Shown here: positions 13,701-26,687 of the stretch, one piece after another | How positions within the stretch are numbered: the first letter of the stretch is position 1 | Layout: every line of letters begins with the position of its first letter | Source of the DNA: Bugula neritina | Taxonomy: Eukaryota; Animalia; Bryozoa | DNA: 64,000 nucleotides | Reading direction: 5' to 3' | Assembly (NCBI GenBank): GCA_964035545.1 | Contig: OZ037771.1 | Span: 15,161,289-15,225,288, forward strand | Position numbers and translations under genes: made by a program | Notes under the pieces: model-generated | Databases searched by the model: none | What the model saw: the letters and a program-made list of their open reading frames with translations, nothing else | Told to the model about the DNA's origin: nothing

Positions 13701-16700
13701 TTCGCCTAAACAATACTTTGCGTACTTTACAAGCATGGAAAAGAAAGATAACCTCATATCTATTCATGAACTAATCACGATCATGTGACGCAGCAGCTCT
13801 AATTTACATCGTACCTGAGAAAGGTCTAGTTCTACTGAACTCAAACGGCACGACTCCATTTGGCCATTTGTCGCCTTCAACCTTGCGTTTCCTCCTAGAT
13901 CCTAAATCACCACGGGCAGCTTCTTCTGGGGTGAGTTCAAACTGTGTATAATATTCAGCTTAGCTGTCATACAATATGGTAATAATATGCAGGTGGCGGA
14001 GTGGGGGGGAGAGGGGGAGACGGACAGCTAGAAACTTTTTTTAACTTTATGGTATTCAAATAAAAGTGCATTTACTCTTTAGATAATATTATAAAATAAT
14101 TTTGCCCTCACTGGGATTCGAACTGGAGACCTCAGGTTTGCAAGCAGGCGTGCTAGCCAATTACGCCACAGGGATGCCTGGGTAAACTCAACACTACATC
14201 CCACCCAGTTCTCTGAACTCTACTGGTCTCTCTCTACTACTCCTTCAGTCATCAGGCTCCCCTGGTCTCTCAACTCCCTCAAAATACTACTACACTCCAC
14301 TAAAGGCCGAAATAACTTATAAGATAATTTTGCCCCTCCCCCCCTCTCCTCCAGAGACATGTTAACCATTACACTTCAGGAACCTCTATAGGTAAACTCA
14401 ACACTACAGATATATTTGACAATAAATTTATTTTGTTCAGTAAAAAATTTTGGCAACAACATTATTTTTGCGATACAATATTTCCTTGCTTTTTAATTTA
14501 GGAAAAAAGACTTGAACTTTGCTCAAAATAGCTTCCTATGTAATGTAAATATCTTTTTATCATACTTATGCAACACAAAACTATGGCGCAAAAAGATTCT
14601 TTAAGCCATGAAGTTTATGTAATGCTAGAAACTTAAGACTTCTCTTTCAACCATCGCAGTAGAAATTGCAAGCTAAATTTAAGTTTCTGTGGAAGTTATT
14701 GAAAGCTGCTTACACCAAACATCAGTTGTTGAAGAGCTAAAGGAAGTAGTAAGTATTTACATTAGAAGGCTAATCACGGTGGTTTAGCTACCATAAATCA
14801 TACTTAGGTACTAAATCCACTTATAGAACTGTTCCAAGAAGCTTGTACAGTTGGTTGTTTCAATTTCAAATGAATGGCTAGTAGTAAATACACAGCAGTC
14901 TTTCAATTCGCAAAAACAGGTGATTCTTCATAAATCTGAAGGAGTTAGTCACGTGACCGACAGTTAATGATTATTAGCTACTTGCTGGTGCACTTCCAGC
15001 TGTTAAACTTTGTCCAAAGTATTACCAAGAAATTTATTAAATGAGAAAGAAATTCATTTAAACTAATTCTGTAGGAAAGAAACGTTCCGCTGAATATGAT
15101 GCTGTAGTGTTGAGATTCCCCACAGTAGACCCTGTAGTTTCAGCATGCTGACGTGCAAGTTAGAAGTCGCAGGTTCGAGTCCCGGTGTAGGCAGAATTTT
15201 TTGCACTAAATTTTGAATTAATATGTATTTATAGCCTGTAACCTTGAACTTTGATGTGACTCAATCAAGAACTCAGTCTACTTACTGGTCTACTGAGAAT
15301 ATCGTCTTCTTCGTCTGGAGTTATCCCACCTATGCTGTCTTCTTGCCTGGGTGCCAGTGCAGGAGGGACGTCACTAGAAGCTAACTGTATAAACATGTGT
15401 CAGTAAAAGAAAAATAAATGTTTAAAAACTTTTGATCGAGTTTAAGTTGTTAATTTACTTATCAATATCTCTAAAAACAATTTTCGACAAAGTATGAAAG
15501 AGATCTTATACACTATTCATGGAGACTTACTGTTGGAAGTTTTCCGTTGACGTACACATTGTGTACAGAAGGAGGCAACTCCACTGAAATTGAATCATCA
15601 TCTAAGATGGTAGAGATGGAGGCAGCCTACGGAGCAGATAAACATAGTGTATGAGAGACACTTTAGAGATAAGACAATAATTTGTCTTTCATCAACTAAA
15701 ACACTGTTCTGTTACCAGCTAAATAATCTTGCATTCGAAAATCAAACAATTAAAAGCATCTAGTTATCAAACTTGAAAGTAGTTTGTTATATTTTCAGAT
15801 TGAAGAGGAATTTTCTAACTGTTGATTAGTTCTATCAATGATACTACACTTTATAAATGAAAAATGTGTTAATAAATAAAGCCGCAGTTCCCAGTATGTT
15901 ATTAGCATTAAAAATGCCAAAGACTATTTGATACAAAGCATTCTAAACGTTAAGTTCAAACGAAAATCAGTGCTAACATTTCCCGCAAACTCAGGGTCAA
16001 ATACAAGTTACATCGGCAAAGCTTAGCTGCTGACGCCAGCAGCTAAGCTCCTATTATCCCACTAGTGTTTTCCTACATCTTAGAATTTAATCTACTAGTT
16101 CTTTTAGGCTTAGCAAAGCTTACGGTGATAAATAAAATCTTGGAGGGCAACATTTCTTATTAATCGTGTCACGCCATTAGTCGCCTGTTGCAAGTATTCC
16201 CACACACACACACACACACACACTCACGCACACACACACGCACGCACGCACGCACATGCACGCACGCACGCACGCACACGCACGCACACACACACACACA
16301 CACACACTCACACACACACACACACACACACACACATTACACACACACACACATTACACACACACACACGCACACACACACACACTCACACTCACACTCA
16401 CACACACCACATATTTTATGAATGAATTCCTGCTTCAATATACCTCATCAAATATGTCAAATCAGTCAACATAACATTAATTTATTGATTTATTGGTAAT
16501 AACAGGTATAGTGTATGAGTAGATATAGTATGAGAATATAGTCTAGGTTGTGTGTGAGTTTGTATATAAATTACATTACATCCCGTTGCACTATACTATA
16601 CTACACTACACTATACTACACTACACTATACTGCACTATACTACACTACACTACACTACACTATACTGCACTACATACTACACTATGTACTACACTATAC

Positions 16701-18461
16701 TATACTACATTATACTATACTACACTATACTGCACTATACTACACTACACTACACTATACTACACTACATACTACACTACACTACACTACACTATACTAC
16801 ACTATACTACACTACACTATACTGCACTATACTACACTACACTACACTATACTACACTACATACTACACTACACTATACTATACTACACTATACTATACA
16901 CTGCACTATGCTACACTGCACTATACTATACTATATACTGCACTTCAAGGCCTTATACTGCACTACACTGCACTACATTGCTGTATATTGCACTACATGT
17001 TTATTTATTTGCAGGTCGGCTACTAAATCATAGCATATTATAGTGATCAAAATTATTATGCAAAACTCTGGTAACAATACCTATAAGGACTATGTGCTTG
17101 GTCCACAATTTCTACTTAAACTTCTTTTAATGTATCATTTTGTTACGATATTATTTTGTTGATATTGTAATGTGCAAGAAGATGCATGCATGGAATCCAA
17201 TGTAGCTGATTGACATCATATCCTGTACACACCACTATCGTGCCAACTTCTTAATATCAGCAAATCGGCCTAAAAACATAATTTAATATTAACTGGTGAT
17301 TTTCCGATTGATGTAGCCAAGCCTCTCGTCCCATGGTTAGTTGATTCCTAAGGGGAATGAGTCATTGTAGCCCAATGTGCGTAATTCAGTGTTAAATAAA
17401 TCTATTGTAATTATACAGATATTACATATTATAGGTGATATATTACATATTACGTGTAATTTATTGCATGCAGTATGTTACATTGTTGTGCATCCTTGGC
17501 CATATATCAAACATGTCAAGCAAAATAATTTGTGAGCACTTTAGATAAATTTCAGACTTGGTTAGATTATGTTATATTATCCTGTATTATTTTATATCAT
17601 ATTATTCTTTTGTGATATATTCTGGCATATATCGTATTATCTTATTGCATACTATATTATTATTATATTGCATTGTATTATGTTGTATTATTTAATAATT
17701 ATATTTTACAAAATGTTATGTTAGAAATTGAATTATGTTGTTTTATATAACTTATACATTCAAATCATATTATATTACAATATACTATATCAAATAATTT
17801 CATAATATGTCAAACCTTATATTATGTTATATTATTTTATAATATATTATAGATTGCTGTATTACATCATGCAACATTATAATATGTTATAATTAAATAT
17901 TTGTTATCATATAATATTTTCATAGAGTAATATATTGCATTAAATTTTATTATATCATATTATTTTATTCTATATTGTAATATGTGATACTATAATAATA
18001 CATTATATTGCATCATATTGCATTATTATATATTATGTTATACTATACTATAGTATATTACAATATGCTATATATTATACCATAATAATATTATTATGGT
18101 GTATTATGATGTATTATGTTGTACTACACATTGTTGTATTCCAATATATTATATTATTATATTATATGCAAAAGAAAAAGTTTTTCTGACTGAAAAACCT
18201 TTTAAAGAATATAAAATATCCATTCCTGACAAATCACTTGAACGTAGTCAACTGATTTGATCAAAAAGACAAGAAAAAAATTACTTTTCTTAACGCTCTC
18301 TGCATTCTCAGAAACACTTGAAAATCAAGAATATCATTTTCAAGTTTATGTTAAGATATGCATATAGGAAGTTGGTAACTTACCAAGGCAATGTGTTGGA
18401 CTATACAAGATATAAGTAGACAGGTAAAGCTGGTACTCAGAAATTTTCTAGCACAATCCAT
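1698..18461 (-). CDS. Secreted astacin-family (M12A) zinc metalloprotease: signal-prodomain-astacin-EGF-CUB-EGF-MAM-EGF-MAM-(S/T linker)-MAM-MAM, about 24 exons
   Basis: Signal exon 18461-18384 ([26 protein letters not shown]). Pro exons 15626-15531 and 15384-15286. Exon 13941-13815 has a furin-type RRKR then WPNGVVPF. Exon 11090-10890 has [19 protein letters not shown] and the Met-turn SIMHY. EGF and CUB ([20 protein letters not shown]) lie at about 10299-9380. Four MAM domains each start CDF and end D-I-A-x-D-x-I. Last exon 1790-1698 ends [15 protein letters not shown]. Boundaries of the middle exons are approximate. Confidence 0.92.
3204..3308 (+). mobile_element. Solo LTR of the tRNA-like TRIM family
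   Basis: TGTAGTGTTGAGTTT start, A-box TGGTGTAGTGG, CTTGCAA loop, degenerate B-box. Flanks AGCTC/AACTC match 4/5 as a 5-bp TSD. Confidence 0.75.
6360..7510. mobile_element. Non-autonomous PIF/Harbinger-type DNA transposon in an astacin intron
   Basis: TIR TAGCTTATTCACAC...GTGTGAATAAGCTA flanked by TAA/TAA 3-bp duplication; no transposase ORF seen. Confidence 0.75.
13505..13562. repeat. (GTGAGTA)n heptamer microsatellite
   Basis: Direct periodicity. Confidence 0.85.
14090..14408 (-). mobile_element. Full-length, degenerate tRNA-LTR TRIM copy
   Basis: Same LTR-internal-LTR layout as 32262-32583, on the minus strand. Flanks AATAT/GATAT match 4/5. Confidence 0.75.
15103..15205 (+). mobile_element. 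Solo LTR of the tRNA-like TRIM family (diverged)
   Basis: TGTAGTGTTGAGATTCCC...GCAAG...GGTTCGAGTCCC...TTTTTTGCA; TSD not recognisable. Confidence 0.6.
16200..16408. repeat. (CA)n/(CACG)n microsatellite
   Basis: Direct periodicity. Confidence 0.95.
16585..16995. repeat. (TACAC/TATAC)n pentanucleotide microsatellite
   Basis: Direct periodicity; generates spurious Y/T/L/H ORFs. Confidence 0.95.
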
Positions 18462-20148
18462 AGTCAAACAGAATCTCCCAGTAACTGGCTAGAAATTCAC
18501 TCCTTACCATTCCTCTGAGACCGCCTAACTGTTGTGTAAACATGCTAGGTACTTTTCTCTCCCATCTGGTAGATCAGCTTAACCAGACCTGCCAATATAC
18601 CCAAGTCAAAACTCTCATCCTCCACTGCTCAGCATAACGCAGTAGTAGAACCAATTCAACAAGTTTATTGATTTATTGCACTATTTATACATTTATTTAT
18701 TTTTGTTTTCTGTGTTCAATTGGATATTTAGTTGCAAAAACTTTTTTTAAATACAATAGTATCTGGAATAAATTTATAGGAAAAATTCAATTTTAAACAA
18801 AACTTAAAATTGTAAAAGTTTCAGACAGGCCAAAGACCACCATCAATCATTATGATTTTTGACTTTCAAAGGAACTGCTGGGGTTATTATAATCGGAAGT
18901 CTTTTTATCATAGGCTTTACTGGGATTTTAACCACCAAACAAACAAAACAGGTGTCACGCCTGGTTAGTTCAGACTACAGCTACTACTAGTTATATATTG
19001 CAAGCAAATACAAGGTCGTTTGGCAGGTCTGTAGCTCTGTGTGATGACGTGGGGGCTTAGAGATGAGCCGTAGATTATCTAGATTGATGACTGAATTAGA
19101 AATGAGGACGTGCTGCTATGGAAAAGATAATACAGTATAATATGCCTTAGTGTATACTAAGTATGTTACATCTACAATAGAGACATGTAATATATGCCAT
19201 AGTGTACCAAGTATATTATATCTGCAAAAGACAACATTATAGCATATAATGCTTATATATTGTACTGTATACGTATAACATAACTACAATATAAAGCATA
19301 GTATAATATCTGCTATAATATATAGAATGTATGCTATATATAGGGTACAAAAGACATTATTATAGAACGTACCGGAAAATAGAACTTAGAATTTACCACA
19401 AATACAATGCCTACAGATTATCAAGTAAAATCTTGTCTAATAATTGCATTCATAGCTACAAGTATGTTATAATACTAAGTAGTTAGACTTGTAGTATAGC
19501 CAGTGGCTTCTCAACATGAGACTGTGGGGTAACTAAGGATAGCTCACTAGGCAATTAGAACGTTTTATAGCCTTTAGCATTTGCAGGAAATTAAAATAGT
19601 TTTCATAAAAAGATGTTAGCAACAACTGCTGCCCATAATAAGCTTTGAAATGAAGCTGGCAGCAGTGCAGTATTTAATATGGCAGCATCTAATTATGTCA
19701 GGTCACAGCTAAAGTAAATTAAATTGTAGTGAAAATTCCATTTTATCTATTTATCAAAATTGTACAATAATAAGCAAAAAATTGAAAAGCCTGTTAAATT
19801 GACACAACGACAGTAAAATTGATTTATTCCAAGTATAAACCCTGTAATTGCTGTAATATTGAACAGCAACGCCAAACAAACTAAGTTTCGATCTTTCATG
19901 TAATACAGACTTCAAGGGGAGCTAATTACAGACTTGCAAAGAGCTTCAGAGGGTGGAGCTAGAAACTCAGATAGGGGGTCTCCTGCTATACCTGTGATTT
20001 GTACCTGTAACTATATAATTACATGTCTTCTCGTAGCTGTACCAGGCAAACATTGTAGTATTTTGCTGGGTAACTAAAGCACTGTACCAGCGGGTGTAGT
20101 ATATGAAAACATGTGCTTTTTGGACGCCTTTACAAACTCACAGAGTTA

Positions 20149-20532
20149 GCCTAGGGCCACACGGTGCGTATTTTCGCATGCGAAAATTGAAGTTGCAAGT
20201 AGCAAAGGTGTCCACTGTACGCGTTGAGAAAACATTCGCACTTGTCGCTCAGCATTCTCAACGCAAGTGCGAATCGTCTCTGTCATCGTCACCTAATTGG
20301 CTGGTAGTTATTTAGCGAGCCCAATTTCTTTATCTTAGTGCTATATTCCAGTAAATTGCGTTTTATTGAAAGCGAGTGCGATTTAAAAATGAAAGCTTTA
20401 TTTATCACGCATCACTGACGCTACAGTAGACACCTTTGATCATACTTGTGGTTTCAACGCGTACAGTGGACACCTTTGCTACTTGCAACTTCAATTTTCG
20501 CATGCGAAAATACGCACAGTGTGGCTCTAGGC
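20149..20532. mobile_element. MITE, PIF/Harbinger (Tourist-like), 384 bp
   Basis: About 80-bp near-perfect TIRs (GCCTAGGGCCACAC..TTCGCATGCGAAAATTGAAGTTGCAAGTAGCAAAGGTGTCCACTGTACGCGTTGA) with TTA/TTA TSD. Confidence 0.9.
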
Positions 20533-21710
20533 TTACAGTGAAGGGTCAATTCATGGCAATTCATAAATGAGGTTTTGTTTCTGCAGACATCTAAAATCTA
20601 TATTCGTTGAATATCACTAAACCTAGTCAGCCTATATTGATTCAACTAGGTTTATAAATAGACATCAATTTTTCAAAAAGTATCAGGTCTGTGGAAGAAA
20701 TTAACAACATGGCTGCCCTCTGATGCTTTATCTATGTATGACTCAACATTGTGTCTGCCCTCAGATGTGTCATCTAGGTATCAGCAGGTAACTAAGTAGA
20801 TATTGAAAAAAATTCAACGTTAATCATTTAGTTTTTTGCTTAATTACCCTTGTAAGATGTTATCTGTGTATAATCAAACACTCTCTCCTTTTCATTGTTG
20901 GAAGAGAACATGTTTGGGAGTGACCTTATGTCATGAATATCTGCCAGTAGTGATGTAAAAGAGGTTCTTTTTCTCAAGTGTTTATGGCTATTGAAATCAT
21001 GCTTCACTGCACTACACTAACATGATGTGCAGTGCCAAAGAAATAATGTTCATAATAATGCTTTCGTATATTTGAAAAACTTGAAAGTAAAATTTTAATG
21101 ATTAGAGTCAAAATTATTGTAGAGTTGCCAAGAAAGCTTTGCAGTTTGTTTTTTCTAATAACATGTGTATCTCAATAGAAGAGAGTAGAAGTGAGATGCA
21201 GTTCTAGAATTTTCTATGTGATTATTAAAATAGGTGAGGCATTTTCTTGTAATGTTTTCTACATGAGTAATAAGAGGGTCTGCATTGTAAACAGTTCTCT
21301 GAAGATGGCACCAGAGAAATGATTTACGCTGCCATCATCTGATTGGCTAATTGGCTGGGGAGTGGAAGCTGACAGGAAATTATCTCATTATAGCTATAGT
21401 CTTGCTTGTAAGTGAGAAAGCTCTAGTTTTAGGAACTTTTAATTGCCAACTTTTGAAAAAATGTTGAATTAATAGACAAATATCATGAGTTATGACTAAA
21501 CAAAGACTTCAAAAAAATGTTTTCAGATGCCAAGTAAAAATTTTATTCAAACTTCACACTTTAAAGTTTCACAATCGTTTTAATTACTAAAAAATATATA
21601 AGTAAAAGTAGCTAATGCTATACTTATACAGAAATAGTTTTCAGTCACAGCAACAACAACTCCAAATTCGAAAACCTATATCAGCACAAAAACCACAAAC
21701 ACTTTCCTCT

Positions 21711-24097
21711 TTAACTATGATCGACTTTAATATTCCGGCCAAAGAAGAAATAGAAGTTGAAACTTGGTGATCCCCTTTTACGTTGGGGCAGTAGTACATT
21801 GGAGGTTCCCTGTAGTCTCCCGTACAATGCATTCTGGAGCCATGCCAACATGTCGTCAGACGTTAGAGATTGAAGAGGATTGTCAGAAAAAGTTGTTTCC
21901 TCTTGTTTGGGAGTTGTAGTGGCAGTTTCAGTCTCGTAGAATGTCCCAGTGCTCACGGAGTCAGTTGGCAGCTCTGTTGAAGTGCTGCCTGGGGAAGATG
22001 AATCCCAAAACCATCTTGTAGAATAGGTAGAAAGAGTAGTAGGGAGTTTAGTAGTAGCGAGTTTAGTAGTAGGGAGTTTAGTAGTAGGGAGTGTAGTAGT
22101 AGGGAGGTTAGTAGTAGGGAGTTTAGTAGTAGGGAAGTTAGTAGTAGGGAGGTTAGTAGTAGCGAGTTTAGTAGTAGGGAGGTTAGTAGTAGGGAGTTTA
22201 GTAGTAGGGAGTTTAGTAGTAGCGAGTTTAGTAGCAGCGAGTTTAGTAGTAGCGAGTGTAGTAGTAGGGAGTTTAGTAGTAGAGAGTTTAGTAGTAGGGA
22301 GGTTAGTAGTAGCGAGTTTAGTAGTAGGGAGTTTGGTAGTACTAGAGTGAGAATTATCACTAATAGCAGGACTAGCAGTAGTGCTAGTAGGACTAGTAGT
22401 AGTGCTAGTAGGGTCATCAGCAAAATTAGTTGTTTGAGCAGCAGCCCCAGTGGCACTGGCAGTTTTAGTAGAACTAGTGGCAGTATGCTTAGTGGAAGTG
22501 ACAGTGTGAGTACTGCCAGAAGAGCTGAGAGGAGAGCTTGAAGGACCTGAACTCTGACTTGTATCGACGCTAGAACCCGCGCTAGAGCTGGTGTTAGAAT
22601 CAGATTCTTCTCTCTTCAACCTTCTCAGAGATCTCTTGACTGGGAATTTTGGAATTCGTCTTCCATTTAGATCTGGTGCAACTGATGAGGAAATGCTGGA
22701 AGATTCCATCAGCTCTCTCCACATTGGTGTTGTGTAAGTGGACTCTGTGTTTGTAGACTCGACTTCTTCTAAGTTCTTCCTTAACAGCCCTGTAGATACA
22801 ACATATAGTTGTTTACAATATCAACCTTGAATGACAATGTCCATGTAAGCAATAATTATATTTTATTAGAGAAATCTAGTAATGCTTCTTTTAAAAAAGA
22901 GATTTATTTTTTAGCATGTCTCATGTTTTTCAATGGCAATAGTAATCGATGTTTGATTAATTTATAAAAGTACAACACATCTTTTAAACTCAAGTATTGC
23001 TGCAAGGATTCTGTTAAATTTGATAATAAATAATTATAAAATAAAAAATTAGAAAAATAAAGCTCATTTTTAATATGTTTCAACGTTTATATGTTTTTAC
23101 TTACCCAAAAGTTCTGTGAAACCTGGCCAAATTGTAGTGCTAGTCTCGGTTGGAGGTATAGTTATATGCTCTTTGATCAACTCACTAAGAACCTCTTCTA
23201 AAGTCACATCCGGATTAGATGTGTCGCCATTTTCCTTCTGGATCAGCTGCAATATCAAACTGACCAGCCACCTGGGAGGCACTAGATCCTTGGTTTCAGA
23301 AGAATCTGGCGCAGGAGTTGGTAAACCTTGGGCTGAAATTATCTTCAGAAGTTGATTCCATAGCGGGGTGGTCAGAGTTGACTGGGTGCCCCAAGATGGT
23401 GTACTGGAAGACATAGTAGCTGTTGGGTTTGCCTGCCCTCTGTGCCACTCTAACAACAGAAATTGATTGGCAAATAATTTTTATCTATATGATATGACAT
23501 GAATTGCAATAGATTCAGTTTCAAAAGAAAAAGAATAATAAGTATTACTGTATATTATCATGCAAAACACTTGACAAAGGTTTAGTATAGTTTGGCAATT
23601 TTATTTTCTTATTAAATTGTCAGTTTCGAAATGTGAATTTTTCAGAAACATTGTTTTTAAAATTAAATTTATTTTATATAACACTTAAAAAATGAAAGCA
23701 GGAAATACTTTGGTTGTGATTACCTCATGTTTATATCAGACAATTTGCTATTTAAAGTTATTTAAATAAACTTTGTTTACAAGCTAAAAATTCAAAACAC
23801 ATTTTTACATTCACTCAACTTCAACTTTCCTTTTTATAAAAACCAATTTCAGTGTTCCATTTATATTTTTTTGTTTATGTTTTTCATGCTTTCTAAACAT
23901 CTGTGATTAAGATAATAGTCATGCTGCTGAAAATCTCGTGGTTTTTGAAGCTTCATTTTGTACTTAGCAAGTTATTATTTTTGACCAAACACTGATATGG
24001 AATATAATATTCTAAATGTGTAAAGTCGTGTATAACACAATGTTAACTCACCGAGCACACAGAGTAGTAGCAAGGTAATGAAGAGTTGCCCTCTCAT
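21711..24097 (-). CDS. Secreted Ser/Thr-rich protein, 'EWH family' member 1 (489 aa, 3 exons)
   Basis: Exons 24097-24052, 23449-23105 and 22789-21711, phase 1/1, lengths in frame. Signal MRGQLFITLLLLCVL|EWHRGQA, (TTKLP)n repeat, dibasic sites. TATA-like TATATAAATA on the minus strand near 24165. Confidence 0.85.
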
Positions 24098-25300
24098 TCT
24101 GATCTGCACTTCAGAACCGTGGAAACTGCACAACTGAAAGCATACGATATGAATGTCTATTTATATACTTATCAGTAGACCTAGTCCTAGTAAATAAACT
24201 AAGCGCAGGTAAAAGTGCTACTATACGCTAACCATTGACTCTTTAAGCTTCTCAGACTAGAAAACTCAACTCTACTCAACAGTAAAGCAGTTCGATGTAC
24301 GATTCAAATCTTTGTTTGAAATATAGTCACTAACCTGTCTGAAATATCAGCTTATTGTGCCTATTGACAAGTGTTTGCAGGTGCTTTATTAGTATGGCAT
24401 TGACCTTCACATAGCTAGAAACACGTCTGTTGCTGACTCTGTTTGCTTAAATGCTATTGGCCAGTGGAATGCAAGACATTGAACACCCGGCATTCTTCTT
24501 TAGACTCATTAAATCCTGTCTTTTATTTAACTCAAAGGAAATTTCTATAATTGACAAGCTGCAACCTCCGTGTGAATCAACCCTCTCCCTCTCCTCTTGC
24601 CTAGATAGACACATACATTGAAATACCCTACCCTCTTGTCCAGATATACATATACAGTAAAAATAGGTTGTATGCTAAGATAATCTTACAGTTTCTGCTA
24701 GAAAATTCTCACTAAAATACTGATTTCAAATATAGTAGATGATCACAATGTCAAATAAGTATTGTTGCATGCATGTCTACGATTATGGAATAGATCCATA
24801 ATATTTCATGAAGTTGTTTCTAGAAGAACTTGAGATAATGTGTTTGACAGATGCAGGGATATAATAGGAGAATACAACTCTAACAGATCACATGACGCTA
24901 GTATTTACGCATGCATCATGTTGAGTATGGAGAGATGTTCATAATTTCATGACTAATACAGGTGAAAGAGTACTCGTGAGAAGTCCCTACACGTTAGTTA
25001 GTAACATCAGCACACAACACTCGCTGACGAACTTTGAATGGTCTAAGAAACAAGCGAAATGCTTCGGATTACACGATTTCCAAACAAATTCCTTTACAAA
25101 GTAATAAATTGCTGTAAAAGGTAGTAAACCCTATAAGTAGGCTTAGAGTATTAGAAAGTTTGGTGTTAGGCATAGTTTGTCTGTATCCTTGAGCTACAGT
25201 TACTTAGTACTATATAAATGCAATTTCAAGCTGCGTGTTTTCAGTAGTGTTAATATTTCTCGCTGGTTTTACCTACAGATAAGTAGCAACTAATCTAACA

Positions 25301-26000
25301 ATGAGAAGGCAACTCTTTATCTTGCTACTGCTGTTTGCGTTAGGTAAGCATACATTGTAAATCAAAATTAAATAGTTTTCTATAAAAACATTCTCTTTGT
25401 ATCTAAAGATATTTTCAACTTTAAGTAGAGGACTTTACAATGTCTTGAAATAGCAAGTAGTAACCAGTGTTGAAGTTTGAACCAAGATGTGTATATATAT
25501 ATATATATATATATACAGTATAGCCTTCTTTCCTAAATGCCTATGTAAAAAATGGTTATACAATATTGATACCGATAAATAATATGGGATACTAAACAAA
25601 GTGTTGGTAATTGTTTTTATTCAAGACGTACAAAGTAAACTGTAGCATATGACGTTTAAAGCTATGAGTATTATAACTATATAGTATATAATTTTACACA
25701 GAATGGCACGGCGGTGAGACAATCCCTGTCTCTACAAGTACACCATCATCTACCTGGACACCCTCTACCACAACTGGCTCAACCACCTGGACACCCTCTA
25801 CCATGGCTAGCCCAACCACCTGGGCCCCCTCTACCATGACCAGCTCAACCACCTGGGCCCCCTCTACCATGACCAGCTCAACCACCTGGGCCCCCTCTAC
25901 CATGACCAGCTCAACCACCTGGACACCCTCTACCATGACCAGCTCAACCGCTAGAACTGACTGGGACAAGTTGGCAGAGAAGAAAAGCTTATTCATATAG
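25301..26000 (+). CDS. Secreted Thr/Ser/Trp-rich protein, 'EWH family' member 2 (113 aa, 2 exons)
   Basis: Exons 25301-25343 and 25702-26000. MRRQLFILLLLFAL|EWHGGET followed by 11-aa repeats STTWAPSTMTS. TATATAAA near 25211. Confidence 0.85.
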
Positions 26001-26582
26001 CTGCAAGGAAAGATACTAATACTCTAATTTCAGAATAATAACATTTGTTACCATGGAAACACAAAACAAATAATTGTAGCTTAGAGTTTTAAATGAATTT
26101 TTCTACCAACATAACTTGAGTGGATAAATGTGTTAAAGTTTTAAAAAGATGGGTTTGAGAAAAATAGAATTGTACTCGCTGTGGGACATTCAGAATATAA
26201 TTGTACTAATTCTCTCCACTATATGTACTATGCACTCACTTTGCTCTACTATTTTAATGCACTAAGTATTAAAAATAAATTTACTGAAACTGAAACATCT
26301 GCACTCAATAATTTATATTCTAAACATTGCTTCTCAGTTTTTATGGTCTACTGTTTAAAGATATATAACATGTAAGCTGCAATTCCTGCAACTTGCTGTA
26401 CATGGTCTTTATAGGTCTTTACTGCAGCTTATGCTGTCTATTCCCATCTTATTGCATATATTCTGATTCCTGAAATCTGAAAATATAGCTGTTGAAGATT
26501 TTAATTGTTTAACCAGTTTAAAGCTCCCTCATTGCGCTATTATTGAGCCCGTGCTTTTTTTATTGCTAATTAAAAAGGGCCC

Positions 26583-26687
26583 TGTATTGGTGAGTTTACC
26601 CAGTGGTTCAGAGGTGTAATAGTTAGCACATTTGCTTGCAAGCCCGAGGTCTCAGGTTGGATTACCAGTGGGGGCAATTATTTTTCA
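26583..26687 (+). mobile_element. Solo LTR of the tRNA-like TRIM family
   Basis: TGTATTGGTGAGTTTACCCAG...CTTGCAAG...GGTCTCAGGTTGGATTACCAGTGGGGGCAATTATTTTTCA. Confidence 0.7.

Noticed and set aside
16188-17033. His/Thr and Tyr/Thr/Leu-rich ORFs
   Set aside because: Translations of (CA)n and pentanucleotide microsatellites in an intron.
21953-22456. Leu-rich ORF (LLLNS repeats), plus the Val-rich antisense ORFs at 25694-25996 and 44119-44643
   Set aside because: Alternative frames of Thr-rich coding repeats.
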